A stretch of 64,000 nucleotides of DNA, from IMG/VR virus record IMGVR_UViG_3300027733_000032; one strand, 5' to 3'. Within the stretch, counting starts at the first letter, position 1; every line of letters begins with the position of its first letter. The position numbers were made by a program, and so were the translations under genes. The DNA is from a virus. The notes under the pieces are model-generated. The model ran no database searches. It was not told the origin of the DNA and saw only the letters and a program-made list of their open reading frames with translations. This document shows positions 17,474-27,564 of the stretch, in pieces.

Positions 17474-18277
17474 TCAGCACTCTGAGTGTGCATCTATAAA
17501 GGAAATCAATTTCCCTGCAGTTGTATCTCCGTCGTATGCTGATTCATTTCTAAGCCACTTGATAAAGTCGTACCAACGGCGCTGCTGCTCTGGTTCATCA
17601 AAGACAATGGTGTATTGAACAACCGCCTTGGGAGCATTAGGTACTTGCATCTGATTGGTTACAAGTCCGCTACCACGCACGGCGACGTCGTCGTGTGAGA
17701 CGTTTGAAGGGGCAACAATCTGTCGCTCACCTTCATCGTCCTCTCTTACTAAAGAAGAAAGAATGTGGGCCCCAATGTCCGCAATAGGTTGAATTACAGG
17801 GGTCATATATTCGGAGCGTGATGCTTGTTCTGGCATACGTTCCTGTTCGTACATATTCTCTTCCATGGATGCAATTTCAAAATCGTCCCAACCGAGGCCA
17901 TCGAGAAGTTCTGAATAATCCTCAACGATTTCACCAAGAAGGTCGGTAATAAGAGCGGAGTCAGAGCGACCAAGTTCAGATGTTCTGTTGTCTGCCAACG
18001 CAAACGCAACAGCCCTAGAGTCATCGGCGTCATATTGGATTGCGGCAATATGGGTCCAACCCAATTTCTTAGCCGCCATGACCTGATGGTTCCCAGCAAT
18101 GATTGTGGAGGTTCCATCGTCATTGGGTCTGACGACAATCGGTCGTAACTGTCCGAACTCTGCATATGAGGCCATAATTGCATTGACATTTCCGGTTCTT
18201 GGGTTTCCACTGAGATGTTCCAAGGTCGTTATGTCCACAGCAAAATCTTCTAAGGATTTATCAATTTTATGATTCAT
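17474..18277 (-). CDS. ParB/Srx N-terminal domain protein
   Basis: NPRTGNV, SYAEFGQLRPIVV, IIAGNHQV and ALADNRTSE. Confidence 0.85.
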   Translation of the reverse strand: MNHKIDKSLEDFAVDITTLEHLSGNPRTGNVNAIMASYAEFGQLRPIVVRPNDDGTSTIIAGNHQVMAAKKLGWTHIAAIQYDADDSRAVAFALADNRTSELGRSDSALITDLLGEIVEDYSELLDGLGWDDFEIASMEENMYEQERMPEQASRSEYMTPVIQPIADIGAHILSSLVREDDEGERQIVAPSNVSHDDVAVRGSGLVTNQMQVPNAPKAVVQYTIVFDEPEQQRRWYDFIKWLRNESAYDGDTTAGKLISFIDAHSEC

Positions 18278-18333
18278 TATTATTCTCCATTTCTCATGAA
18301 CCTAACCACTTTAACTCTAGCAATTTAACGCCA

Positions 18334-18681
18334 TTACGGCCCTACCTGAGCCCTTACGTTTGCATTGAGCGTACGCATTGCATCAATCGACGTACGAAGG
18401 GAGAGGAGTTTTTCACGTTTGGCCTTAACTAGGCTTTCAGAAATCTTATAATCAAAATGTTCGTCAGCAAGTTTATATTCTGCCCAAGCCTCACGTTCTT
18501 TGATTGAACCTTTTGCAGAGAGATATTCTTTCGCCCAGTTCGATTTATACAATGCTTCTTTTTTTGCAGCGTCACCAGCAAGTTTTTCAAATGCTTCAGT
18601 CTCTTCTTCTAGCATGTCGAGGAGGCGGAGCATCTCGTTTTCAATATCAATTTGACTGATTGGTCCATTACGTATTCCCAT
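18334..18681 (-). CDS. helical hypothetical protein (possibly UvsY-like mediator)
   Basis: All-helical 115 aa next to the RuvC-like gene; the UvsY resemblance is weak. Confidence 0.4.
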   Translation of the reverse strand: MGIRNGPISQIDIENEMLRLLDMLEEETEAFEKLAGDAAKKEALYKSNWAKEYLSAKGSIKEREAWAEYKLADEHFDYKISESLVKAKREKLLSLRTSIDAMRTLNANVRAQVGP

Positions 18682-19255
18682 GAGGAGCGCCCGTTTCCAT
18701 TATCGGTGACCAATCAACATTCTTCAATGCATCAAGGCTCACTTTTGGCCAATCATAGTGCCCCATACCCAGTGCTGTCCAGCCCATCTCCTCTAGCAAC
18801 CATGCGTCAACCTCGTCATCGGCACCCTTACCAGACCAAACTATCCCAGTTCGTGCAGAGACAGCAGAAATGACTTCAGTCTTTGCGGCGTTCCCTCGCC
18901 CTGTAGCAAACTTTGCTCGACAAGTTGGCGGAACGTCTACGTGAGGGATGCCCAATTCAAACAACATTAGACGAATAACGCCACCCAATTCACCTATTTT
19001 GTGCGACTGTGAATTTCTAGCAGCAAAAGCATAACCCTCAACAACAACGCAAGTTACCTGATTTTCTACAATAATTCTATTAACTTCTTTGCGAATATCG
19101 TAAAGGCGCTGAGATTCTTTGGTCTTGACGGCAATTGAACCTGTTTTATTATTAATTGCCCATCCTGTTGATGTCAAAGATAAATCAAGTCCCAATATAC
19201 TCACAGTGAGAGCATAGTGCATATTCTCAATATGAAATGAACGCATAAATAGCAA
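18668..19255 (-). CDS. RuvC-like Holliday junction resolvase
   Basis: ILGLDLSLTSTG, VVVEGY, KFATGRGNA-x-K and DDEVDA acidic motifs. Confidence 0.88.
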   Translation of the reverse strand: MLFMRSFHIENMHYALTVSILGLDLSLTSTGWAINNKTGSIAVKTKESQRLYDIRKEVNRIIVENQVTCVVVEGYAFAARNSQSHKIGELGGVIRLMLFELGIPHVDVPPTCRAKFATGRGNAAKTEVISAVSARTGIVWSGKGADDEVDAWLLEEMGWTALGMGHYDWPKVSLDALKNVDWSPIMETGAPHGNT

Positions 19256-19284
19256 AAACGGCGGAGGATAATCCTCACGCCGTT
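19254..19284 (-). terminator. intrinsic terminator
   Basis: AACGGCG(T)GAGGA-TTA-TCCTCCGCCGTT followed by a T run on the minus strand. Confidence 0.65.
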
Positions 19285-19340
19285 CTCACTACTACCTTGT
19301 CGGGTTTAGTTCTTGTTTATAAAACTATTGTACATTAATT

Positions 19341-19697
19341 TTAATAGTCAAAATCTACCCATATACCAATAGTCAAATCTTCTCCTGGAATTTCCGTTCC
19401 AACCCTGTCAATATCGACCACGATAATATCGCCTAAGGCAAATTTATTATTAGCCGCCGTTCCCGCAGCCGAAGAATATGCCCCTACCGCTATGGTTGGC
19501 CTGTTTGCTTGGGTGGTAAATACTGTCGTATCCGCGATGTTGATGTCGACAATGATTGTTGCACCAGATGCTGGAGTACCCACTGAGGTGTATACGCCAA
19601 TAATTTTTCCGCTAGCAGGCATTCTTGCCGAGGTGCGTCTTTTTGCTGCGGATAGTTCTCCACCAACACATAGGGTTATTAGTTGTTTGGCCATCAT
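19341..19697 (-). CDS. putative minor virion/decoration protein
   Basis: Beta-rich 118 aa, paralogous to the N-terminal part of 19786-20424 (PTG-x-x-x-x-x-DI...GD-x-x-x-x-DID-x-VG). Confidence 0.55.
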   Translation of the reverse strand: MMAKQLITLCVGGELSAAKRRTSARMPASGKIIGVYTSVGTPASGATIIVDINIADTTVFTTQANRPTIAVGAYSSAAGTAANNKFALGDIIVVDIDRVGTEIPGEDLTIGIWVDFDY

Positions 19698-19731
19698 CTT
19701 TTTTCTTATTTAATAGTTAAGTGATAAAGCA

Positions 19732-19759
19732 GAAAGCGGGAGGTCTCCCTCCCGCTTTC
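19732..19759 (-). terminator. intrinsic terminator with GAGA tetraloop
   Basis: GAAAGCGGGAGG-GAGA-CCTCCCGCTTTC, 12-bp perfect stem after the 19786 stop. Confidence 0.7.
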
Positions 19760-19785
19760 ATACAAATTACTGAATTATTTACGAA

Positions 19786-20424
19786 TTAGAAGCGGCCAGC
19801 GTCAAGTCCGCCAACTGCAAGCGTTGTAGACGCTGCTTCCTTGTATCTGATTGCAAGCGTGTAACCAGAACCGGCGACTGTCGAGCCAACTGAATCACAG
19901 TCAAAAGAAAGAACTGCGCCTCTTGGAACGATGACTGGCGAGGTGGTGCAGACGATAGTTCCGCCACTGCTATAGGTACCTGGAGTGCCAACGACGCCAG
20001 TAACAGTGACTGTCGTCGAAGTAACTGCAGAAACCTGCTTGTCGGTAAAGTTGTAAGGCACTGCGCTACCTGCTGAAACAGTGACTCCCGAAACAGTAAC
20101 CTTGTCGCCGACCTTGAAAAGGTGACCAGCGGCAACGGTGTAAACAGCGGTTGGTCCGGCACCATTGACGGCACCGCTGATGGTGCCATTCTTGCGAATG
20201 ACAGCGGCTGTAGCCGGCACGAATGTCGTGGCGGATACGGAAAGACCAGCGGCAAGGATGCTGGTTCCGTCAGATTCAATGTCGAAAGTCGCAGCGGAGC
20301 CAGTGGGGGCGGTGTTTAACTGCAACGTCGCGCTAAGAATTTCTGCGCTGAACGGCATTACGAGTGCAACCTTTTGAGCAGCGGTCAGTGCTGCTGTATC
20401 ATTAAAAACAAATGCTAGCGTCAT
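19786..20424 (-). CDS. putative minor virion protein with inserted FCCH-like module
   Basis: Ala/Thr/Ser/Gly-rich; AAGHLFKVGDKVTVSG module; AGGAG SD. Confidence 0.6.
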   Translation of the reverse strand: MTLAFVFNDTAALTAAQKVALVMPFSAEILSATLQLNTAPTGSAATFDIESDGTSILAAGLSVSATTFVPATAAVIRKNGTISGAVNGAGPTAVYTVAAGHLFKVGDKVTVSGVTVSAGSAVPYNFTDKQVSAVTSTTVTVTGVVGTPGTYSSGGTIVCTTSPVIVPRGAVLSFDCDSVGSTVAGSGYTLAIRYKEAASTTLAVGGLDAGRF

Positions 20425-20611
20425 TATTTTCTCCTACTTTTAAGGGCCCTTTCTGGGCTATTAAAACTTTACTACAAAATGATTGACCGTTAGCAGAAGT
20501 ATTGCATTAATCCCAGGAATGTTTTGCTGGGCTAAGTTTGAATGGTGACGAAAGATGATTCATAATTTTCTAGGAGCAAGTAGGATATAATGAAAATAAA
20601 AGGATGTTCGC

Positions 20612-20908
20612 ATGCCAGGACCACTCGTAGTCAAGCACTCACACGTAACCTTGTCAAACACGACCGCTGCCGCCGCCCTATTTGATGATGGTGATGATGT
20701 GAATTATAGTGTTACTTTTATTGTTCAAAATATTCATGCAACAGCAATAGTGTATATTGGCGGCGCTAGCGTCACATCTTCTAATTATGGCATCAAAATA
20801 GCACCTAACGAAAAAATTGATTTTACAGAAATGCCTCGATACCCTGGTATTTATGCCATCAGTGATACTAATGCATCAAAAATATCAGTAATGCGGATGA
20901 GTAAGTAA
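20612..20908 (+). CDS. hypothetical beta-rich protein, probably structural
   Basis: TATAAT (20586-20591) and AAGGA SD upstream; IVQN...VYIGG-x-x-VT-x-x-NYG pattern. Confidence 0.6.
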   Translation: MPGPLVVKHSHVTLSNTTAAAALFDDGDDVNYSVTFIVQNIHATAIVYIGGASVTSSNYGIKIAPNEKIDFTEMPRYPGIYAISDTNASKISVMRMSK

Positions 20909-20931
20909 TTAAGATTATTTACAAACAGGCA

Positions 20932-21231
20932 CTAAGCCCAAGAATGTTTAGCCAAGCCAAGTTCGAACGCCAAGGCAGGGTGGTTCCCTATCCTCATATG
21001 GCACGAGCGGCACACGCACAATAAATTTGATTCATCAATAATTGAACCGCCCTGGGAGCGCCTAACGAGTTCATGTACATCGACGCTACCCATTCTTACG
21101 TAGGTCGCCTTTTCGTCATGCTTGGCGAAAACAGGACACGCTTGGCAGTATGGGAATTTTTCAAGCATTCGTACAACGACTTTTCTTCGCTCTACATATT
21201 CTGCTTCTTTTTTCTTGCTTCTAAAACGCAT
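20932..21231 (-). CDS. HNH endonuclease
   Basis: CQAC...DVHE-x-x-x-RSQGG...NL-x-x-VCRSCH; likely start MRFRSKK. Confidence 0.85.
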   Translation of the reverse strand: MRFRSKKKEAEYVERRKVVVRMLEKFPYCQACPVFAKHDEKATYVRMGSVDVHELVRRSQGGSIIDESNLLCVCRSCHMRIGNHPALAFELGLAKHSWA

Positions 21232-21241
21232 AACTGCCTTT

Positions 21242-21802
21242 CTATAGGGATGATACGTCGATATTATCAAATTCCCACTTGTTTTGAAGCGACGCCCAGA
21301 GTGCTTCATCTATCGAAGTTGGCTCCATATCGTTTTCTGTCAACAGTTGACGATGTGCAGAAATTGCACGTTTCAGGAATTCGACTTGTTCCCAGCCAGT
21401 TGAGTGCATGATTGAGCCGGTTTCAATCATTTTCGTTATTTCATCAAGTTTTTTATTAACATGAAACTTGAAACGTTCAATTTTTGTTCGCTTGTTCTTA
21501 TATGAATGCTCTGCCTGCTGGAGTAAATTTCTCTTACTCCCGTAGCGAGACTCAATCTCTGAAAAACGCCGAAAATCAGCAGTCTCGTCTTCGTGCAAAT
21601 CTTCCAGTTGTTCTTCGAGATTATTAATTAACACAAGCAGGCACTTCTGCCACTTCTGCCAATTTTCTTTTTCCATAAGGATGCTTTTTTGCGATGACGA
21701 TAATTTGTTTTTCACATCCTCCGCAACCATATAGGCAAACATGTCGTCACTAATCATTCTGTTCATTTCTTCCATCCTGGACATATCGTCTTGTAAGCAC
21801 AC
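21242..21802 (-). CDS. hypothetical helical protein
   Basis: About 180-aa ORF in the recombination cluster. Confidence 0.65.
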   Translation of the reverse strand: MCLQDDMSRMEEMNRMISDDMFAYMVAEDVKNKLSSSQKSILMEKENWQKWQKCLLVLINNLEEQLEDLHEDETADFRRFSEIESRYGSKRNLLQQAEHSYKNKRTKIERFKFHVNKKLDEITKMIETGSIMHSTGWEQVEFLKRAISAHRQLLTENDMEPTSIDEALWASLQNKWEFDNIDVSSL

Positions 21803-22554
21803 CAGTCACATAGGCGCGTTTTATTGTATTTAAATTCACCAGTTCTACATGCCTCTTCTACCATTTCATGGCTTTCGGATACATATTGAATGATTCCCTC
21901 ATTGCTTTCTTCGGTTAATTGATAGGTGAAATTGACCCCATCCTTAAGATACAACAACTGAAGTTCGGTGATATTTGGGACTTCTTTTGATAATAGTGCA
22001 GCATAAATTCTTAATTGAATGAATTTATCTTCAACATAGTTTTTGCTAGGTTTTTTGCCAGTCTTGTAGTCGGAAATTCTAACTTTTCCATCCTCTATGC
22101 CCTCGTAGCGGTCGATAAAACCTTTAACTGTGGCTTTCCCCAGAGGACCATTGAGTTCACTTTCTATCCCTTGAGGAAACACTTCTTTTGGATTTTCGAC
22201 TTTCCATAAATTCTCAAGACACCACCATGCGCTCCAACGGAATTTAAGCATTTCGTCGGCGCGAACATAGCCACGAATTCTATTTTCCCAATCCGAACGA
22301 TGCCATACCGTTGACGCAAGCGATTTTACGGATGTAATTGTTCTTTCTTCATTGGGTAGCACATAGAAGTCCTCTAATATTTCATGAACAAAGTTGCCCA
22401 GCAGGGTGGCCGACGATGGCTGGTCGGGGATTTTGTCAATCTTGTTGAACTTGAACTTCAATGGGCACTGCCTGAAGGTACTCATTGAAGATGGCGACAA
22501 ATATGGTGGCATTGCATAAACAAAGCCAGTGGGGATTTCCTTTTCCTCACTCAC
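21763..22554 (-). CDS. PD-(D/E)XK RecB-like exonuclease
   Basis: LSPSS-x-x-x-F-x-x-CP, G-x-x-VH-x-x-LE, GFIDR...ISDYKTG, QL-x-x-Y and C-x-x-C-x-x-x-x-x-C Fe-S/Zn cysteines. Confidence 0.9.
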   Translation of the reverse strand: MSEEKEIPTGFVYAMPPYLSPSSMSTFRQCPLKFKFNKIDKIPDQPSSATLLGNFVHEILEDFYVLPNEERTITSVKSLASTVWHRSDWENRIRGYVRADEMLKFRWSAWWCLENLWKVENPKEVFPQGIESELNGPLGKATVKGFIDRYEGIEDGKVRISDYKTGKKPSKNYVEDKFIQLRIYAALLSKEVPNITELQLLYLKDGVNFTYQLTEESNEGIIQYVSESHEMVEEACRTGEFKYNKTRLCDWCAYKTICPGWKK

Positions 22555-23407
22555 CCTTATCGTGCATGAGTTCTGAGCCAGGGAAAAGAATCTTCGTGGA
22601 CTGCTCAATGAGCGCCATGACTCCATGAATAGTTACTGTTTCTCGCGTTGGCTTCGGCTGTCCATTGGCGAACTCGCCCCAGAATCGGGAAAGTTCCTCC
22701 TTTTGCGTAGAGTCAAACTGCTTGCTCAATTCAATGAACTTCGACCAAAGTGCGGAGATTTTGGGGTCTACTTCAATAACCGGATTACTTACGGCATGGT
22801 CACGCTCGATTTCAAGACTAAGCGCCTCGTCGGAACGAGCAAGATATAGAGCCACGCCAAGTTGCTGGGCGGCCTTTTTTAGCGCATCAGAAACAGCGCC
22901 CTTGAATTCATCACCAAGGTCAACAATGTCGCCTTGTTTTGTGCGCTTAATTTTCTGACCGCCGAAACCGTCTTTTTGGACCATTCTGAAGTTGTCATCC
23001 ATATGGATATTTAATCGAACATGAGCCACGATGAAATCTGGGTCAAGGGCATCCCTTTCGCATCTAATAATTTCGGATGACCACCCGTGTATCCCGAAAA
23101 TCCTATTCAAACGTGCAATTACTTCGCTGACAGGAATGTAAACAAGAGTCGTACCACCCTTACGAAGTTCGCGCTCCATCTCTGGGGGAAAGGGTTCGCT
23201 GAGTTCGGCCTGAATGCGCTCGTTCTCAATTTTTAATTCCCGTGCAAACTTTGCTTGGCGCTCGTCAGTCTTGCGCCAATGCTCCTCTTCCCAATTATCG
23301 TCACGTGAAGCAATATCATGAGCAATATTCATTTTCTTTATCCCCTTATCGTTAATTATGTTGTCGGTTTCCGACTGTTCTGATTGTTGTTTTTTGGCAG
23401 ACGCCAC
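22547..23407 (-). CDS. Rad52/Sak-like single-strand annealing protein
   Basis: LSEPFP, YIPVSEVIARLNRIFG-x-x-GWS, K-x-A-x-SDALKKAA-x-x-LGV-x-x-YL. Confidence 0.85.
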   Translation of the reverse strand: MASAKKQQSEQSETDNIINDKGIKKMNIAHDIASRDDNWEEEHWRKTDERQAKFARELKIENERIQAELSEPFPPEMERELRKGGTTLVYIPVSEVIARLNRIFGIHGWSSEIIRCERDALDPDFIVAHVRLNIHMDDNFRMVQKDGFGGQKIKRTKQGDIVDLGDEFKGAVSDALKKAAQQLGVALYLARSDEALSLEIERDHAVSNPVIEVDPKISALWSKFIELSKQFDSTQKEELSRFWGEFANGQPKPTRETVTIHGVMALIEQSTKILFPGSELMHDKGE

Positions 23408-23907
23408 TACAGTTTTTCTTTACTAATAACAACGCTGATTTTTCCTTCAGATTTTTGGCAATAATCATCAGCACTAATACCAATTTTATTTAATTCCCCA
23501 ACTCGCCAATAAGAGGGGGCCGCATATTCCAGCATCTTCTGCATCATTTCCAGGGGAGACGCTAACACTTCTCCCGTATCAATGTCAATAGATGATTGAT
23601 AAACGCGATTGGAAACTTCTGCAGCAAGACCCTTGTGGTCCCATGACTTCCTGTCACTACCAATTCTTCTTTCGGCAAGGAAGCCGTCGGGAAGGGACAC
23701 AAACGATTCGTTCATACGGTCCGCCACCAATGTCTCTGTGTGTTCATTCAACATTGCAATATCCTTTTTCAAGGAATTAATTGCTGAATAGATTAAACAA
23801 GACTCTGTGATGTCTGCGCCATCCGATGTTATTGCATCGACGATATCGGCACTCGCTTCTCCAATAAGTCGGCGGATTTCCTCAATTAACTCAACTGGAG
23901 TAGCCAT
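23407..23907 (-). CDS. hypothetical phage protein
   Basis: 166-aa ORF with AGGAAGG SD, coupled to the Sak-like gene. Confidence 0.65.
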   Translation of the reverse strand: MATPVELIEEIRRLIGEASADIVDAITSDGADITESCLIYSAINSLKKDIAMLNEHTETLVADRMNESFVSLPDGFLAERRIGSDRKSWDHKGLAAEVSNRVYQSSIDIDTGEVLASPLEMMQKMLEYAAPSYWRVGELNKIGISADDYCQKSEGKISVVISKEKL

Positions 23908-23930
23908 AGTACCTTCCTGGTTGCAACTTC

Positions 23931-25235
23931 CTAGACGATGATACCTATGCGCTTGCGCTGTGGCAACCCCAAGCCCGTCAAATGTGTAAAACCTCCAACC
24001 ACGGAGTCAACCTGGTCGTCGTGGTCGCAGGCTTCCGGGAAAGATGAAAGTTCATCCATCCAATCCGTAAGCCAAGTTGCCCGCACGCACCGGACGTTGC
24101 CATTCGCCACTGCTGCGGCAAACGGCATTGCTCGTGTCGTTTTATCACCAGTTGAACGAATTCCCATGAAATCGTAACCACTCAGTACGTATCGGGCATA
24201 TTGGTCGACTAAAGCCTTACCTGATGAGCCTGGCTCCTGCTCCATGCGTATTGCTACAGCGTGACCATCTTCGTATGCCGTTTGAGCAATCAACTGCTCA
24301 ACTTTCTCCCCACGCACTCGCGCTTTCTTTACGTCAAGCACGTAGGTTATGCCTTGGTCAAACAAAACCAAGGTGCCGACTGTCCAGTCTGGATTGGGGT
24401 TGCTGTGTGAAGGCTCTGTGGCAGCAAGGTCCCAGAATCGTACAGCCCTGGCGGACGTGGTAATTTTTGGCATATCCTCGTTGTCGATAATTACTATATT
24501 TTCACGGTCAAACATCGACCCAAGTGTGGTTGCCCACCAGTCACCATCTTCTAGGCGCTTTCGTTCCACTGGGTCCAATGCTTGAAGTGCGGCGCGATAG
24601 GAGTCAGCGTCAATTCCGGGGTTGTCGGTCAGTTTTGATGGGACGAATATTCTACCCTTGTCATGCCCTTCAACGATAAAACGTTGCCGAACCCAGTTAG
24701 GCGCAGGGTTGCATGCTGAACGCATTCTCAATGGGACTTGGGATAGTGGTCCAGATACTGGTCGACGGAGACGAGAGAACATGTATCGATAATCATTTTC
24801 TCGTATTTCCGTAACTTCGTCCATCCCAATAAATTGGAATTCGGCACCTTTGTAGCGCAGGTAGTCTTGTTGATTGTTGAGATAACCAAAAGAAATTCTA
24901 GCGCCCGACGGGAATACTGCCGTATAGTTATTCGCGTTCCAGCGAACGTCATCATATGGGGCCATCCAGTTAATAAACCGGTCCATGATGGCTCCAGGGA
25001 GAGCAAGGTCGGCATACGTACGGCGGAAAATGATTGCTGAATAATTAGGTATATCTACATACTGAAGAGCGGACATAAGGAGTGCGGACGACTTGCCCCC
25101 GCCTGCTGCTCCGCCAAATAGGGCTTCTAGTGAGTAGGTGCGCAGGAAAACCTTTTGAGTCATTGATGCTTCTTCTGGGCAGAAAGGCGGCAGTTTTGGC
25201 TGCAAAAAAGCAAGTACACTATTCCAATCTGTCAT
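23931..25235 (-). CDS. terL: terminase large subunit
   Basis: Walker A GGAAGGGKS, Walker B FIGMDE, NP motif, RNase-H-like RFWDLAA ... HDDQVD. Confidence 0.95.
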   Translation of the reverse strand: MTDWNSVLAFLQPKLPPFCPEEASMTQKVFLRTYSLEALFGGAAGGGKSSALLMSALQYVDIPNYSAIIFRRTYADLALPGAIMDRFINWMAPYDDVRWNANNYTAVFPSGARISFGYLNNQQDYLRYKGAEFQFIGMDEVTEIRENDYRYMFSRLRRPVSGPLSQVPLRMRSACNPAPNWVRQRFIVEGHDKGRIFVPSKLTDNPGIDADSYRAALQALDPVERKRLEDGDWWATTLGSMFDRENIVIIDNEDMPKITTSARAVRFWDLAATEPSHSNPNPDWTVGTLVLFDQGITYVLDVKKARVRGEKVEQLIAQTAYEDGHAVAIRMEQEPGSSGKALVDQYARYVLSGYDFMGIRSTGDKTTRAMPFAAAVANGNVRCVRATWLTDWMDELSSFPEACDHDDQVDSVVGGFTHLTGLGLPQRKRIGIIV

Positions 25236-25315
25236 GTTCTACCTCTGAGGCTAATTTTTGTATTAGATTGCCGTTACAAGAAACCGACAACAATGGACGA
25301 GAAACACATTAACAC

Positions 25316-25525
25316 ATGAAAAATATTCTACGCCGCCTGCTCGGCCCATGGGACCCAGCATCACTACTAGGTCGTTTATTCATGCGTTCCACAGCCGCCA
25401 ATGTAATGATGGTATTGTTTATATTATTGACTAGCGTTGGAACAGTATTAATCTCGCCTCCCGTGGGCCTCATTGTAGCGGGTGTAACTTGTGGAATCTA
25501 CGGCTATTTGTTGGGCTCTGAATAA
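25316..25525 (+). CDS. small two-TM membrane protein preceding the portal
   Basis: Two hydrophobic segments in 69 aa. Confidence 0.6.
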   Translation: MKNILRRLLGPWDPASLLGRLFMRSTAANVMMVLFILLTSVGTVLISPPVGLIVAGVTCGIYGYLLGSE

Positions 25526-25527
25526 TT

Positions 25528-27558
25528 ATGGCATGGAATAAGACAGAAACAAAATCACTCATCCCTGGTCCGACTAGGGCCATTCTTGGGCCTGGTGCTC
25601 CGATTGCACAAAACCCATCCTTTGAAGGCAAGGGATACCGTGACCCGTGGGACATTGAACGTGCCTACAAAGAGGGAATGCAGAAAGTTACTTGGGTTTC
25701 CCGTTGCATTGACGCAATTGCCGGGAATCAGGCACGCCTTCCAATTATTCTTCGTAAGAACAACTCTCCTGATGGCCAGATTGTAAGCAAGGGCAGGAGC
25801 GGGAAGTCAACAATATTAGACCTCTTAAATACCAAGTCCAATATTGGTGAAAATTCATACATTTTTAGGTACAGAATGTCATCTCAGATTTTGCTGGGAA
25901 CTCGTGGTGCCTTTATTGAAAAAGTGCGTGGGCGAGATGGTGGGATTATTGGACTAAACCTGCTCCCGCCGCAGCATACAAGCCCTATTCCCGACCCTAA
26001 AACTTTTGTTTCTGGATACGAAGTCCTTATGCCGAATGGCGACAAGGTAATCATGAAACCTCAGGACGTATGCTGGATTCGTAGGCCACACCCAATTGAC
26101 CCGTATCTTTCCTTGACTCCAATGGAATCTGCTGGTGTTGCCATTGAAATTGAAAACTTAGCCAAACTATATAACCGCAACTTCCTTCTCAATGACGGTA
26201 GACCCGGTGGGCTTCTTGTTCTTCGTGGAGAGATTGACGATGATGATAAAGAAGAATTGAGAAGTCGATTCAGAGGAAATATTGGACGAGTTGGCTCAAC
26301 TACGGTAGTTAGTGCGGATGATGGCGTTGATTTCGTGGATACCTCATCAAGCCCAAGAGATGCCGCCTATATCCAAATGCGTCAAATTACAAAAGAGGAA
26401 ATTCTTGCCTCTTTCGGAGTCCCCGAATCAGTCATTGGCAACGCCTCTGGCAGAACTTTCAGCAATGCGAGTGAAGAAATCCGTGTTTTCTGGAATGAAA
26501 CGATGGGGCCACACTTGGAAATTCTTGCCAGAGCACTCGACGAACTAGACGATGACCATTACGTCGATTTTGACACTTCGTCTGTCCCTGTTTTGATTAT
26601 GGCCAAACAAGAGGTTGAGCGTTATAGCCTAGAAGAATTCAGAAGCGGAATGATAAGTCTAAACGAATATAGGACTGTGACTGGCAGGGAAAAAGTTGAG
26701 TCAGAACTGGCCGACAGCCTCCTAATGAACCCCAACCTGACCCCAATCGGCAATACGGAAAAGCCCATGGCCCCACCACAGCAGGGTATGCCCATGCCGG
26801 GGGCACAGCCAGGAATGCCGCCGGGAATGCCGGGAATGCCACCAGAAGCAGCAGGAATGCCCCCAGGGGCGCCAGATGCAAATACGATGAGCGGTGCACT
26901 TGCCATGGAGCAAGCCGGGGGAATGGCCACTCCAGGAGGCGCTCCTGCGATACCCCCAGAGATGACTGGAGGCCCTGCGGCTGCCGGTCCGGGAGCGTTC
27001 GGTCAAATGTCCATGAATCCTGCGGAAATGCAGTTCAAAGAAGACATTAGTGAAGTTTCGCTCAATCGCTGGACCGAGATATTAGATAGAAGTCTCGAAC
27101 GAGTTATGGAGCGTAGTCAGCGTGTTGTTTTAGAAAAATTGAGTGGTCAAAAATCAAAGAAATCCCTAGCCCAGGGTGTTCTTGACATAAATTCAATTCT
27201 TCAAACCGATGTTTGGACCAGACAGATGGACGAGGACATTCGACCCGTTCTGTCTGCCATTATAAAAGACTCAAAAATCAATCATGCGGAGAAGTGGGCA
27301 ATGTATACGCCCCCCACAAACGAAGAAACTGCCGTAAACATAGATGCTCAAATGGGAAGAATAAAATCCCTTTATGATTCCTGCGTAGCAACACTTTCAG
27401 AATCTATATTCAACTCTTACGGGATAAGTAGTGATGATGAGCGGTATACCGCTTTACGGACGTCTGTTAATACCGTCTTTACGGACATGTTAGCCAACCA
27501 GCGTCCACGCATTGCTTCCTCAGAGGCAAAACGCGCATGGGAATTCTGCCGCCCATAA
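25528..27558 (+). CDS. HK97-family portal protein with Pro/Gly/Met-rich linker and helical C-terminal extension
   Basis: WVSRCIDAIA, NDGRPGG, FGVPESVIG-x-x-x-x-x-TFSNA, ISLNEYR. Confidence 0.93.
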   Translation: MAWNKTETKSLIPGPTRAILGPGAPIAQNPSFEGKGYRDPWDIERAYKEGMQKVTWVSRCIDAIAGNQARLPIILRKNNSPDGQIVSKGRSGKSTILDLLNTKSNIGENSYIFRYRMSSQILLGTRGAFIEKVRGRDGGIIGLNLLPPQHTSPIPDPKTFVSGYEVLMPNGDKVIMKPQDVCWIRRPHPIDPYLSLTPMESAGVAIEIENLAKLYNRNFLLNDGRPGGLLVLRGEIDDDDKEELRSRFRGNIGRVGSTTVVSADDGVDFVDTSSSPRDAAYIQMRQITKEEILASFGVPESVIGNASGRTFSNASEEIRVFWNETMGPHLEILARALDELDDDHYVDFDTSSVPVLIMAKQEVERYSLEEFRSGMISLNEYRTVTGREKVESELADSLLMNPNLTPIGNTEKPMAPPQQGMPMPGAQPGMPPGMPGMPPEAAGMPPGAPDANTMSGALAMEQAGGMATPGGAPAIPPEMTGGPAAAGPGAFGQMSMNPAEMQFKEDISEVSLNRWTEILDRSLERVMERSQRVVLEKLSGQKSKKSLAQGVLDINSILQTDVWTRQMDEDIRPVLSAIIKDSKINHAEKWAMYTPPTNEETAVNIDAQMGRIKSLYDSCVATLSESIFNSYGISSDDERYTALRTSVNTVFTDMLANQRPRIASSEAKRAWEFCRP

Positions 27559-27564
27559 ATAGTA

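Noticed and set aside
15641-23927. GTTGCAAC palindrome in two intergenic regions (15641, inside a CGCCGT/ACGGCG hairpin, and 23920)
   Set aside because: An 8-mer is expected about once by chance in 64 kb; two copies are too weak to call an operator.
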